DNA from: Candidatus Fervidifonticultor sextus
Lineage (GTDB): Bacteria; Sysuimicrobiota; Sysuimicrobiia; Sysuimicrobiales; Humicultoraceae
NCBI GenBank assembly: GCA_031459875.1
Contig: JAVKHQ010000036.1
Location: 1-23,671, forward strand
Length of the DNA: 23,671 nucleotides
Direction: 5' to 3'
Numbering within the stretch: the first letter of the stretch is position 1; every line of letters starts with the position of its first letter. Below, in pieces: positions 1 to 8,426 of the stretch. The translations under genes and the position numbers were made by a program. The notes under the pieces were generated by a model. The model was not told where the DNA came from. It saw only the letters and a list, made by a program, of their open reading frames with translations, and ran no database searches.

Positions 1-41
1 AGTTCTCTAACCCTTGTCAAACTTGGGCGACGGCGCACTAG
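1..41 (-). mobile_element. Terminus of an insertion sequence (left copy), bounded by CTAG at 38-41; element continues off the window edge
   Basis: 1-41 (agttctctaacccttgtcaaacttgggcgacggcgcactag) is the exact reverse complement of 23595-23635. It is lower in GC than its surroundings. CTAG is a common IS target. No transposase is inside the window. Confidence 0.75.
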
Positions 42-47
42 CGGCGC

Positions 48-797
48 TCACGGAGCCATGACCGCGTCGTAGGCGCACCGACTGACCTGGGCGATGAGCG
101 CAGCCGCCTCGCCGCCGATCAGGCCCTGGCCCAGCGGCGTTGCAAAGTCTTTCGTGAGCGCGGCGATGACCAGCGGGCCCGCGTCGGTGAAAACCACCCC
201 GACGTCGTGCCGGATGCCGGCGAGCTCGCCGGTCTTGTGCGCCACGCTCGTCCCCGGCGGCAGGAGCAGCGGGATGCGATCCCGGACCTGCTGCCGCCGG
301 AGGATGTCTAGGGCCGGATCGCACAGCTCAGCGGTCAGGATCTCGCGCCGGACCAGCCGCTCGAGCAGGTACGCGGTCTCGGCCGGAGTGGTGAAGTTGT
401 CTAGGCCGCGCTCCCGGGCGGCGGTGCCCATCATCTTGCGCTGCAGCACCGTATCCCGCAGCCCGAGCGCGGCCAGCCCCGCGTTGACCCGCGCCATGCT
501 CACCCGGTCGATGCAGAGGTTCGCCGCAGTGTTGTCGCTGATGACGATCATGAGCGTGAGCAGATCGCGCAGGCTCAGGTCCCCGACGCTCTCCAGATCC
601 TTCAGAATGCCGAACCCGCCGACCTTGTCTACCGCTCTGACCGTCACGCGCTCATCGAGGCGAAGGCTGCCCTCTGCAACCTGCCGCAGCGCCTCGATCA
701 GGACCGCGATCTTGATGACGCTGGCGGCCGGGAACCGCTCGTGCGAAGCCCACTCCAGGGTGACGCCTCGGCGCAGGTCCTTGATCACCAATCCCAC
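48..797 (-). CDS. Class A beta-lactamase-like serine hydrolase (PBP-A/Beta-lactamase2 type), probably 5'-truncated
   Basis: FPAASVIK (SxxK), SDN and HKTG motifs are present. No E166-type omega-loop Glu is visible (LQRKMMGTAARERGLDN). The frame continues upstream (IEALIRSAPGT, to about 830) with no nearby in-frame start. Confidence 0.85.
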   Translation of the reverse strand: MGLVIKDLRRGVTLEWASHERFPAASVIKIAVLIEALRQVAEGSLRLDERVTVRAVDKVGGFGILKDLESVGDLSLRDLLTLMIVISDNTAANLCIDRVSMARVNAGLAALGLRDTVLQRKMMGTAARERGLDNFTTPAETAYLLERLVRREILTAELCDPALDILRRQQVRDRIPLLLPPGTSVAHKTGELAGIRHDVGVVFTDAGPLVIAALTKDFATPLGQGLIGGEAAALIAQVSRCAYDAVMAP

Positions 798-835
798 CGT
801 ACCGGGTGCGCTCCTGATCAGGGCCTCGATGGGCG

Positions 836-1000
836 CATCATCTCCAGGCTCTGGTACGGCTGGCGACCACCGACGACCATAAGCAGGATGCGACCGTCGG
901 CAAGGCGTCCGATGGCCGTGCGAGGGTGACGCCGGTCTGTGAACCCCGATCGAAATACCCTCCGACGAACTGCTCGCCCTGCGACCATGTTTGGGCCGTA
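836..1000 (-). pseudogene. Fragment of a phosphodiester glycosidase (NAGPA/DUF2233-like) gene
   Basis: Minus strand 931->836 reads RHPRTAIGRLADGRILLMVVGGRQPYQSLEMM, matching the family motif RHPRTAIG...VVDGRQ...SxGMT with the D and G/T positions substituted. The upstream part is frameshifted. Confidence 0.7.
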
Positions 1001-1069
1001 CGACTCCCTCGGAGAACGGGCCGAGAGACCTTCCTTCGCTGGTGCGTCAAGACCGGCGCGCTTGCAGAT

Positions 1070-1240
1070 TAGGTAGCGCGTGAGCTCGACTGTACCCGCG
1101 GGTCATCCATCGGGATGGTCGAGGGCAGGATCAGCGGGTTCCTGTCGCCCCGCTCCCACAAACTGTGGATCACCGCGGCCATGAGCTGCAGAACGCCCCT
1201 GTTGCGTTGGAACTTCACGAGGGTAGAGCAGTCCGCGTCT
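1070..1240 (-). pseudogene. Internal fragment of a DUF499-family AAA+ ATPase gene
   Basis: DCSTLVKFQRNRGVLQLMAAVIHSLWERGDRNPLILPSTIPMDDPRVQ, then after a 1-nt frameshift ELTRYL. This matches the DUF499 segment DWSTLxxFQRTRGVLRLMAAVIH...DDPRVQFELTRYL as recalled. Confidence 0.75.
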
Positions 1241-1265
1241 CGGGCCCTCAACCGCTCGGGATCGG

Positions 1266-1487
1266 TCAAAGAAGCCGCAGGAGCTCTTCCACACTGAGCC
1301 CCGCATGCCGCAGGATGGCCCGCAAGGTACCGCGGTCGAGTTCGGAGTGGTCCGGCACCACTACTTGCGCGAACGGATCGTCTCTGCGCATGACGATATG
1401 ACTACCGGTCTGCCGCCTGCGGAAGAAGCCGGCTCGCTCCAGGGCCCGGACGCAGTCACGCCCGGAAATACGCGGGAGCCGGTTCAC
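1266..1487 (-). CDS. hicA: Type II toxin-antitoxin HicA-family toxin (mRNase)
   Basis: 73 aa with RQTGSHIVM (GSH motif), VVVPDH and ELDRGTLRAIL. GTG start overlaps the hicB stop (GTGA). Confidence 0.92.
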   Translation of the reverse strand: MNRLPRISGRDCVRALERAGFFRRRQTGSHIVMRRDDPFAQVVVPDHSELDRGTLRAILRHAGLSVEELLRLL

Positions 1488-1690
1488 ACCACCACTAAGA
1501 CGGCCTCGAACCGCTCCGGTGGGACGGGCAGCCCGTCATCCTCCAGCGCTCCGACGTAGGCCTGAATCGCCTCTCGAACGTTGGCAATGGCCTCTTCCTT
1601 CGTCCTCCCCTGGCTCACACAACCCGGGAGGCTCGGACACTCTGCCACCCAGTAGCCGTCCTCGCCGGGATACAAGACGACCTGTCTCAT
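1484..1690 (-). CDS. hicB: HicB-family antitoxin (short form, no DNA-binding domain)
   Basis: 68 aa with GYWVAECPSLPGCVSQGRTKEEAIANVREAI. Strong RBS (aggagggaaggag) before ATG at 1690. Confidence 0.92.
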   Translation of the reverse strand: MRQVVLYPGEDGYWVAECPSLPGCVSQGRTKEEAIANVREAIQAYVGALEDDGLPVPPERFEAVLVVV

Positions 1691-1764
1691 GGCTCCTTCC
1701 CTCCTTTGAGCCGTCCCGAACATCCCACGCGACGAACTTCTCTCACCAGTCCATCAGGTCTCCG

Positions 1765-1850
1765 CAGCTCTGCCTGCCCGCAGTCCCCTCCCCGAACCCG
1801 TACTGCTCGAACCAGGCGATGGCCCACCGGTCTCGTTGTCGCACTCATCC
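1765..1850 (-). pseudogene. Fragment of a DUF1156-family adenine DNA methyltransferase gene (C-terminal region)
   Basis: With two 1-nt frameshifts it reads DECDNET(R)WAIAWFEQYGFGEG(D)CGQAEL, resembling the DUF1156 motif DFDxDTRWAxAWFEQxGFxEGxFGxAE as recalled. Confidence 0.6.
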
Positions 1851-1982
1851 CCGAGTTTATCACAGCAATCGCCGGGCCCCCTCCAGGCCGCCGCTCCAGG
1901 TGAATCCTCGCGAGAAGACGGGCCGCGCCCGCGCGTCGCCGGTTTCGCCTGCCCGGTGCGGCGGCCGACACCGCGTCCGCAT

Positions 1983-2029
1983 GATTGTGTACAATCACGT
2001 TGACAAATCTCGGCTGCTGAGGATAGCAT
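1983..2029 (+). promoter_or_regulatory. Sigma70-type promoter with upstream GntR/FadR-type palindromic operator (ABC operon)
   Basis: Palindrome tGATTGT-gt-ACAATCa (1982-1997), TTGACA at 2000-2005, 18-bp spacer, TAGCAT at 2024-2029. A near-identical block occurs at 14110-14132 on the minus strand. Confidence 0.8.
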
Positions 2030-2284
2030 GAGGCATGATCGGGGCTTCAGCGGTCGTCGCGGCTCGCGGGACCGGTCCTGCGGTAGGGGCCGCCGCGGCT
2101 AGGCCGCCAGACCCTGTGCCCGCCTGGGGGGGTGCCGCGAGGGAAGTTCGACCCGGCAGCCAGCCTCGGGATGCGCCGGCTGCGCCACGCCCGCATTCGA
2201 CCGCGTCGCCAGGCCCGATGAGGCCGACCCCCAGCCGGTCCCATGGATCTCGTTGCCAGGATGCCAGCAGAGGAGGTGGTGGCT

Positions 2285-3481
2285 GTGCAGCGTCGCGCGG
2301 TGATCGTCACGGCCGTGGTCTTCGGCCTGATCGCCCTGGTCCTGGCTCCCGCGGGGGGTCAGGCGAGGCCGCTCCGGGTCGCCATGCTGAGTTCGCTGAG
2401 CGGCCCCTTCACGTTCTGGGGGGTCAACGTGCGGGACGGGATGCGGATGGCCGTCGAGGAACTGAACACGGCCGGGGGCGTCCTGGGGAGGCCGGTGGAA
2501 CTCCTCGAACGGGACGATCGCAACAACCCGGCGGAGGCGATCAGCGCGTTCCGGGCGTTGGTGGAACGCGAAGGGGTGGCCGCGGTAGGAGGCATCCTTG
2601 GCAGCGATGTGGGGCTCGCGCTCTCTCGGGAAGCGGAACTGTTGCGCGTCCCCGTCTTTCTCAACCGGGCGGGCGCGCACACCATCCTCCAGCGCACCAC
2701 CCGCTACACGTTCCGCACCTGTCTGGTCTCGTCCCCCATGTACGTGCAGGCGTCCGCCGCGCTCATGCGCTACGCGAAGTACACCCGGATCGGCGCCGTC
2801 ATCGCCGACTACGGCTGGGGCCATTCGTACATGGAGTGGCTCAGGCGCTTCGTGGCCACCATCCCCGGCATGCGGCTGCAGCTGGAGGTGGCCCCCGTGG
2901 CGACGTCGGACTTCACGCCCTACCTGCGCCGGGTCCAGGCGGTCGACCCGCAGTTCCTCGACGTCGGCGGGCATCCGCCGGGCAATGCGGTCCTCGTGCG
3001 TCAGGCGGCGGAGCTGGGGATGACGCAGCAGATGTTCGGGGCGGCCAACCCGCCGGAACTGGTCGTCCAGCGGGCGGGGGAGGCGGCCTTCGGCCGCTAC
3101 GTCGACTACACCTGCGCGGACGTCTCGCACCCGACGTTCCGGCGGCTCGGGGCCAAGTTCTACGGCGCCTATCGACGCTACTTCGACGACAACGCCTTCT
3201 CCGGTTACGTCACCGTGCGGATGGTCGCCGATGCGGCGGTGCGGGCGAACACCACGGATCCCCGGCAGATCGCGGATGTCATCCGCCGCGGTCGCTTCGT
3301 GCAGCCGGGGTACGGCTGGCCGCTCTCCTACACCGAGTGGGGCGAGATGCGGGAGGCCCGGCCGTTCCTCTTCAGCCTCCAGCGCGGCGAGGCGCCCGGC
3401 GGCATCTGCCCGGGGTGCGGGTGGGTGCAGAAGGTGGAGTTCCGGACGCCTCCCCTGGAGCCCTATGTCCCCGAACAGTGA
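2285..3481 (+). CDS. ABC transporter substrate-binding protein, Leu/Ile/Val (HAAT) family; probably binds an aromatic acid
   Basis: Signal peptide, LSGPFTFWG, AVEELNTAGGVLGRPVELLERDD, DYGWG, TSDFTPYL. RBS aggagg before GTG at 2285. Confidence 0.9.
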   Translation: MQRRAVIVTAVVFGLIALVLAPAGGQARPLRVAMLSSLSGPFTFWGVNVRDGMRMAVEELNTAGGVLGRPVELLERDDRNNPAEAISAFRALVEREGVAAVGGILGSDVGLALSREAELLRVPVFLNRAGAHTILQRTTRYTFRTCLVSSPMYVQASAALMRYAKYTRIGAVIADYGWGHSYMEWLRRFVATIPGMRLQLEVAPVATSDFTPYLRRVQAVDPQFLDVGGHPPGNAVLVRQAAELGMTQQMFGAANPPELVVQRAGEAAFGRYVDYTCADVSHPTFRRLGAKFYGAYRRYFDDNAFSGYVTVRMVADAAVRANTTDPRQIADVIRRGRFVQPGYGWPLSYTEWGEMREARPFLFSLQRGEAPGGICPGCGWVQKVEFRTPPLEPYVPEQ

Positions 3482-4235
3482 ACGGGCCCTCCTGCGCTGC
3501 CGGCACGTCACGAAGCGGTTCGGAGGGATGGTGGCCCTGTCGGACGTGGGGGTGGAGGTTCACGCGGCCGAACTGGTGGGGTTGATCGGGCCCAACGGAG
3601 CCGGGAAGACCACCCTGCTGAACGTGATCAACGGGCTATTGCGCCCCGACCGCGGTGTCGTCGAACTGGACGGTCGGCCGATCTCCGGCATGCCGCCGCA
3701 TGCCGTCACGCGGCGGGGGGTCGGGCGCGTCCTCCAGATTCCCCGGCTGTTCCCCCACCTCACCGTCGAGGAGAACGTGCTCGTGGGGGCGCTCTTCGGC
3801 CGCGACGGGCAGGTGACGCAGAACGAGGCGCAGGCGAGCGCCGCAGAGGCGCTGGCGCTGGTCGGACTGGAGGAGAAGCGGTCTGTACGGGTGGCCCGGC
3901 TGAACACCCAGGAGCGGCGGCTGGTGGACCTGGCCCGGGCCCTGGCCGCACGGCCCCGTCTGATGCTCGTGGACGAACTCATGAGCGGGCTCAACCCCGT
4001 CGAGGTCGGGCGCGGCACCGCCCTCCTGCGCCGCATCCGGGCGGGCCTCGGCGTGGCCGTCCTCTGGGTGGAACACGTGATGGAGGCCGTGCTGGGGACG
4101 GTGGACCGGGTGATCGTTCTGAACTACGGGGCCGTCCTCGCCGACGGCCCCCCCGAACGTGTGGCGCGAGATCCGGCGGTCGTGGAGGCCTACCTGGGAG
4201 CCCCGATGGAGCCGGTCGCACCGGTCGAAGGGTAG
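3465..4235 (+). CDS. ABC transporter ATP-binding protein (LivG-like)
   Basis: KRFGG, Walker A GPNGAGKTT, LMLVDE, WVEH, DPAVVEAYLG. RBS ggag before ATG at 3465. Confidence 0.92.
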   Translation: MSPNSERALLRCRHVTKRFGGMVALSDVGVEVHAAELVGLIGPNGAGKTTLLNVINGLLRPDRGVVELDGRPISGMPPHAVTRRGVGRVLQIPRLFPHLTVEENVLVGALFGRDGQVTQNEAQASAAEALALVGLEEKRSVRVARLNTQERRLVDLARALAARPRLMLVDELMSGLNPVEVGRGTALLRRIRAGLGVAVLWVEHVMEAVLGTVDRVIVLNYGAVLADGPPERVARDPAVVEAYLGAPMEPVAPVEG

Positions 4236-4238
4236 GTC

Positions 4239-4976
4239 GTGCTGGTCGTTCAGGGCCTGTGGGCCGGATACGACGACGTGCCGCTGGTGCATGATGTGCA
4301 CCTGGCCGTGCCGGGCAGGGGCGCGACGGCGGTGCTCGGTGCCAACGGCGCGGGCAAGACCACGCTGTTCCGGGCCATCGTCGGACTGCTCCGGCCGTGG
4401 CGGGGAACCGTCCGGTTTGACGGCGAACTCCTCAGCGGCCACCCCCCTCACGAAGTGGTGCGCCGGGGCGTCGTGTACGTCCCCGCGGAGCGCGAACTCT
4501 TCCCGCAGCTCACGGTCGCCCAGCACCTGGAACTGGGAGCCTACTGCGCGCCGGGCCTGTTCCGGTCCGGGCTCGAGCGCGTCTACACCCTCTTCCCGCG
4601 GCTGGCGGAACGCAAGAACCAGCGCGCATCGACGCTGAGTGGCGGTGAACAGCAGATGCTGGCCATCGCCCGGGCGCTCATGGCCGCCCCCAGGCTGCTC
4701 CTGCTGGACGAACCCTCCACGGGACTGGCCCCCCGGTTGGTGGCGGAGCTCTACCGTCAGCTGGGCACCCTGCTGCGGGAGGGCGTGACCATCCTGCTGG
4801 CGGAACAACACGTCCAGGCCGCCCTCCATTTCTGCCAGCAGGTCTACGTGCTGAAGGACGGTCGCATCGCCTACGGCGGCCCGGCCGGGGCCTTGCGCGG
4901 GGACCCGGAACTCTACCGCACCTACCTCGGCCAGGCTCCGGGCCCGCCCGCGCCCGGTGGGCCCGGGCATCCATGA
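4239..4976 (+). CDS. ABC transporter ATP-binding protein (LivF-like)
   Basis: GANGAGKTT, LSGGEQQMLAIARALM, LLLDEPSTGLAP, LAEQ. Confidence 0.93.
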   Translation: MLVVQGLWAGYDDVPLVHDVHLAVPGRGATAVLGANGAGKTTLFRAIVGLLRPWRGTVRFDGELLSGHPPHEVVRRGVVYVPAERELFPQLTVAQHLELGAYCAPGLFRSGLERVYTLFPRLAERKNQRASTLSGGEQQMLAIARALMAAPRLLLLDEPSTGLAPRLVAELYRQLGTLLREGVTILLAEQHVQAALHFCQQVYVLKDGRIAYGGPAGALRGDPELYRTYLGQAPGPPAPGGPGHP

Positions 4977-5830
4977 CCAGCATTGTGCTGGACGGGCTGG
5001 TTCAGGGCCTGCAACTGGCCCTCCTCAGCGTCGGGGTCGTCTTCGTGTACGGGCTGGGCGGCGTCCTGAACCTGGCGCACGGCCAGCTGGCGGTGGCCGG
5101 CGGCCTCGCGGTCGCCATCCTCCGGTCTGCCCGCTGGCATCCGCTCCTCGCCTCGACGGCCGGCGTGGTCGTCGCGGGGTCGTTGGCCCTGCTGCTGGAC
5201 CGCACCCTCCTGCGCGCGGCCTACGCGCGGCGCGGGGAAGAGCGCCTGCTGCTGGGCCTCATCCTGACCCTGGGCGTCTCCTTCGCGCTGGACGGGTTCT
5301 ATGCCCTGGGGGCCCCCAACGTGGCGTTGACGCTGCGCATGCCCTCCCCATCGCTGGAGATTCTGGGCGTCCGCGTCCGCACTGCCAGTCTCGCGGTGGG
5401 CGGGCTCTCGCTGCTCACCTTCGCGGTCCTGCTGGCCTTCCTGAGGGGGACTCGCGTCGGGCAGGCGATTCGGTGCATCATCCAGAACGAGGTGGGCGCC
5501 GTGCTCTGCGGCGTGGATGTGGAGCGGGTGCGCACCCTGACCTTGTTTGTAAGCGGCGTGCTGGCCGGTGTGGCCGCCCTCGCCCAGGGCTTCTCCTCCT
5601 TCCTCGGCCCCGAGATGGGGACCGAGTTCACCATCCTGGCCGTCATCGTCGCGGTCGTCGGCGGCGTCCGGAGCCTCACGGGGACCTTCCTGGCCAGCCT
5701 CCTGCTGGGCCTGGTCAATTCGGCGCTGAGCTATACGGTCGGGACGTACCTGACGTGGATCGTCCTCTTGACCGTCGCCGTGCTGACCCTCCTGGTGCGG
5801 CCCGAGGGACTCCTCGCGTACTGGCCGTGA
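4973..5830 (+). CDS. ABC transporter permease (LivH-like)
   Basis: VYGLGGVLNLAHG, TRVGQAIR, AVVGG and multiple TM segments. ATGA overlap with the upstream gene. Confidence 0.92.
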   Translation: MTSIVLDGLVQGLQLALLSVGVVFVYGLGGVLNLAHGQLAVAGGLAVAILRSARWHPLLASTAGVVVAGSLALLLDRTLLRAAYARRGEERLLLGLILTLGVSFALDGFYALGAPNVALTLRMPSPSLEILGVRVRTASLAVGGLSLLTFAVLLAFLRGTRVGQAIRCIIQNEVGAVLCGVDVERVRTLTLFVSGVLAGVAALAQGFSSFLGPEMGTEFTILAVIVAVVGGVRSLTGTFLASLLLGLVNSALSYTVGTYLTWIVLLTVAVLTLLVRPEGLLAYWP

Positions 5831-6927
5831 ACCGGCCTGCCATGCTGCGCGCCGCGGCCCCGGTGGCCATCACCGCGCTCCTGCTCGTGGCGGTGCCCGC
5901 CCTCGTAGGCGGCAGTTCCTACGGGCTCCGCATCGCCAGCCTCACGGTGATCGTGGCCACGTATGCCGTCGCCTTCAACCTCCTGTTCGGACACACCCGT
6001 CAGCTCTTCCTCTGCATCGGAGCCCTCGCCGGGGGTGGGGCCTACGGGTTCGTCCTGTTGGTCCGCGACCTCCGGCTGGCCCCGCCTCTGGCCCTCGCGG
6101 TGGTGGCCGTCGGGGTGGCCGCCTTCGGGGCGTTTTTGAGCTACGTGAGCATCCGGCGGGGATTCGGAGTCCTGTTCGTCGGCGTCGTGACCCTGGCGGT
6201 CTCCATCATGTTCCACAACCTGCTCCTGGGCCTCCGGCAGTACACCAACGGGGAGACGGGCCTGGCCACCCGGGGAGTGGGGTTCGGCCTCGGCAACGCC
6301 CCGCAGGAAGGCTACCTCGTGCTGGTCGGGGTGCTGGTCGCCGCACTGGCAGGCCACCAGGCGCTGTTGCGCTCCCGACACGGCCTCGCGTTCCAGGCTC
6401 TCGGTGAGGACGAACTGAGCGCGGCGCTGTCGGGGATCGACGTCACCAGGTACAAGGTGGGCGCGGCCGCTGTGGCGTCCGGGCTGATCGGCCTCGTCGG
6501 AGCCCTCTACGCCGACGTCAACGGGTTCATCAGCCCTTCGGTCTTCGCCCTGGGCCATGTGGACATCCCCGTCTTCGTCGCCCTCCTGCTGGGGGGGATG
6601 CGGACCCTCCTCGGTCCGGTCGTGGGCGCGGTGCTGTTCAGCGCCGTGGACGAGGTGGTCCGGCCATTCGGACAGCTCACGGTGCTCACCTACGGGACGC
6701 TGATGGTGGTCCTCTTCCTGCTGTTTCGGGAGGGGGTGGTGCCGGCGGTTCAGCGGGTTCTCCTCCGGGCGTGGGCCCGGCGCCTTCGCGCCCGCCCCAC
6801 GCCACCAGGGGTGGAGGGCGAACCCGTCGCCTACGTGGCTGCGCCCCGCACCGTCCTGCCGCCGGAGGGCCGGAACACGGCGTCGGAGGGAGGCAAGGCC
6901 TCCGCGCGGGACCCTTCGCCGCGGTAG
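5827..6927 (+). CDS. ABC transporter permease (LivM-like)
   Basis: NLLFGHT, TNGETGL, SRHGLAFQALGEDELSAALSGID, LLGGMRTLLGPVVGA. GTGA overlap with the upstream gene. Confidence 0.9.
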   Translation: MNRPAMLRAAAPVAITALLLVAVPALVGGSSYGLRIASLTVIVATYAVAFNLLFGHTRQLFLCIGALAGGGAYGFVLLVRDLRLAPPLALAVVAVGVAAFGAFLSYVSIRRGFGVLFVGVVTLAVSIMFHNLLLGLRQYTNGETGLATRGVGFGLGNAPQEGYLVLVGVLVAALAGHQALLRSRHGLAFQALGEDELSAALSGIDVTRYKVGAAAVASGLIGLVGALYADVNGFISPSVFALGHVDIPVFVALLLGGMRTLLGPVVGAVLFSAVDEVVRPFGQLTVLTYGTLMVVLFLLFREGVVPAVQRVLLRAWARRLRARPTPPGVEGEPVAYVAAPRTVLPPEGRNTASEGGKASARDPSPR

Positions 6928-8426
6928 TGGTGGACCCACGAGCACGTGCCCCGCACCGCCTCGGGCACCGGCGGCACCCAGGTGGCCTCCCAGGTCTCCA
7001 GGTGCCCGGTGTGCTTCGCGAGCCGGTAGATGCCGGCGTGGATGCACTCCCGGTCGCCAAACTCGCAGGTGTTGCCGTCAGTCCCCCCGCAGGGGCCGTT
7101 GGCCAGACCCTTGGGGCACGTCTCCGGGCAGACGAAGAAGGTGTGGGGCAGCCGGCAGTGGCCGCAGAGCTGGCAGCCGAGCCAGCGCCCCTTCACCGCG
7201 CCCTCCGCGCGGGTGAGCAGCCGGGCGGCCGGGCCCTGGGAATTCACGCCGCGCAGCGCGACACCGGCGATCCGGGAGACCGGTGAAGCCGGGTCGAAGA
7301 CCCAGCGGTCGATGGCCTGGAGGAAGTGAAACCTCCGGATCTCGCCGGAGGAGGCAGCAGCCGGCTGAAGGGACTCCACACCGAGGTAGAAGGCGTCCTG
7401 CGGCGCCAGAACCACCGGACGGCCGTCGGGATGCCGCATCACCTCCGCCCAGGCCGCCTCCCATGCGCTCACGTCCCGGCAGGACTCCAAAAGGCGCGCC
7501 ACGGCATCCAGCAGCTCCTCCAGCGTGCGCGGTGTGTGCACCCCACACAGGTGCGCACCCGCCAGGCCCATAAGCCGCGCCCCCACCACCTGGAGCGCCG
7601 CACGGTGCATGGCGCGCCGGCGTGCCAGCGCCGGCGCGTCCAGTTCTGAGCGCAGGCAGGCCAGCAGGTCAGGGGGCACGAACACGCCGGGCAGAGGCGA
7701 GCCGCCCAGCAGGCGGGTGGCCGCCCGCGGACCGAGCAGCCACACGCTGGCCAGCACCGGCACGCGCAGCCCCCGGGCCTGAAAGAACTCCACCACCTCG
7801 CGCCACTTGCGCGGGTCCCACCCGATCTGGGCCATGAGCACGTCCGCGCCGGCCCGCAACTTCTTTGCGGCCTTGATGTACTGGCCCAGCAGCGCCTCTT
7901 CGCGGTACTTGAACGGGTTCACCGCAGCCGCAAGGAAGAACTCGGGAAAGGCCCGGCGGGCGATGCGGATGGCGTCCACCGCGTCCACGTAGCGAGCGGG
8001 CCCCTTCGGGGGAGGCTGGCGGAGCGCGTCGCCCGTCAGCAGCAGGAATGCGGACAGGCCCGATGCCGCCGCGCGCTCCAGGTCCTGTTGCAACACCTGC
8101 ACCGTGCGGCCCTTGCCCGCCCAGTGGACCAGCGGCACCACCCCCGTGGCGTCCATGGCGCGCCGCGCCACCTCGACCGCGTCGTGGTCCTGGTCGGTCC
8201 GCACCCGGTCCGACACCGTGAGGGTGGCGATGCGCCCGTCCTGCCCAACCCAGCGGGCGAGGCGTACGACATCGGCGACGACCTCCTCCAGCGGACGGGC
8301 GCCGACCAGGGGAGGTGATTCCACGGTGAGGACCAACGCCTCTCCCCGAAGCGCCGCCCGCAGGAGGCTCTGGTACCCCTGCGGCGCCGCAGGGGCGGCG
8401 CCGCCGCGAGGCGAGTCGTCCGCCAT
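6831..8426 (-). CDS. metF: Methylenetetrahydrofolate reductase (MetF domain) fused to a C-terminal Cys-rich MetV/MTHFR_C domain
   Basis: LTVES, TVSD, LLLTGD, AAVNPFKY, KKLRAGADVLMAQIGWD, GAHL. C-terminal CQLCGHC...CPETCPKGLANGPCGG...CEFGDRECIH has 8 Cys. ATG at 8426 overlaps the demethylase stop. Confidence 0.88.
   Translation of the reverse strand: MADDSPRGGAAPAAPQGYQSLLRAALRGEALVLTVESPPLVGARPLEEVVADVVRLARWVGQDGRIATLTVSDRVRTDQDHDAVEVARRAMDATGVVPLVHWAGKGRTVQVLQQDLERAAASGLSAFLLLTGDALRQPPPKGPARYVDAVDAIRIARRAFPEFFLAAAVNPFKYREEALLGQYIKAAKKLRAGADVLMAQIGWDPRKWREVVEFFQARGLRVPVLASVWLLGPRAATRLLGGSPLPGVFVPPDLLACLRSELDAPALARRRAMHRAALQVVGARLMGLAGAHLCGVHTPRTLEELLDAVARLLESCRDVSAWEAAWAEVMRHPDGRPVVLAPQDAFYLGVESLQPAAASSGEIRRFHFLQAIDRWVFDPASPVSRIAGVALRGVNSQGPAARLLTRAEGAVKGRWLGCQLCGHCRLPHTFFVCPETCPKGLANGPCGGTDGNTCEFGDRECIHAGIYRLAKHTGHLETWEATWVPPVPEAVRGTCSWVHHYRGEGSRAEALPPSDAVFRPSGGRTVRGAAT

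Noticed and set aside
1..41. Terminal repeat as a CRISPR repeat, or as the TIRs of an element spanning the window interior
   Set aside because: There are only two copies, inverted, with no spacers or cas genes. The host-gene junction is on the inner side at CTAG, so the element lies outward. No transposase or integrase is inside.
48..797. Bona fide beta-lactam resistance gene
   Set aside because: No signal peptide, no evident E166 deacylation residue, and a probable 5' truncation.
2035..2284. Cobalamin or THF riboswitch in the ABC leader
   Set aside because: Only scattered short matches (gggaa, gccag) in the wrong order, with no conserved core.
3465..4235. Degenerate ABC signature (LNTQE) as a sign of a pseudogene
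   Set aside because: LivG-type subunits commonly have non-canonical signatures. The Walker motifs and H-loop are intact, and the partner ATPase has LSGGE.
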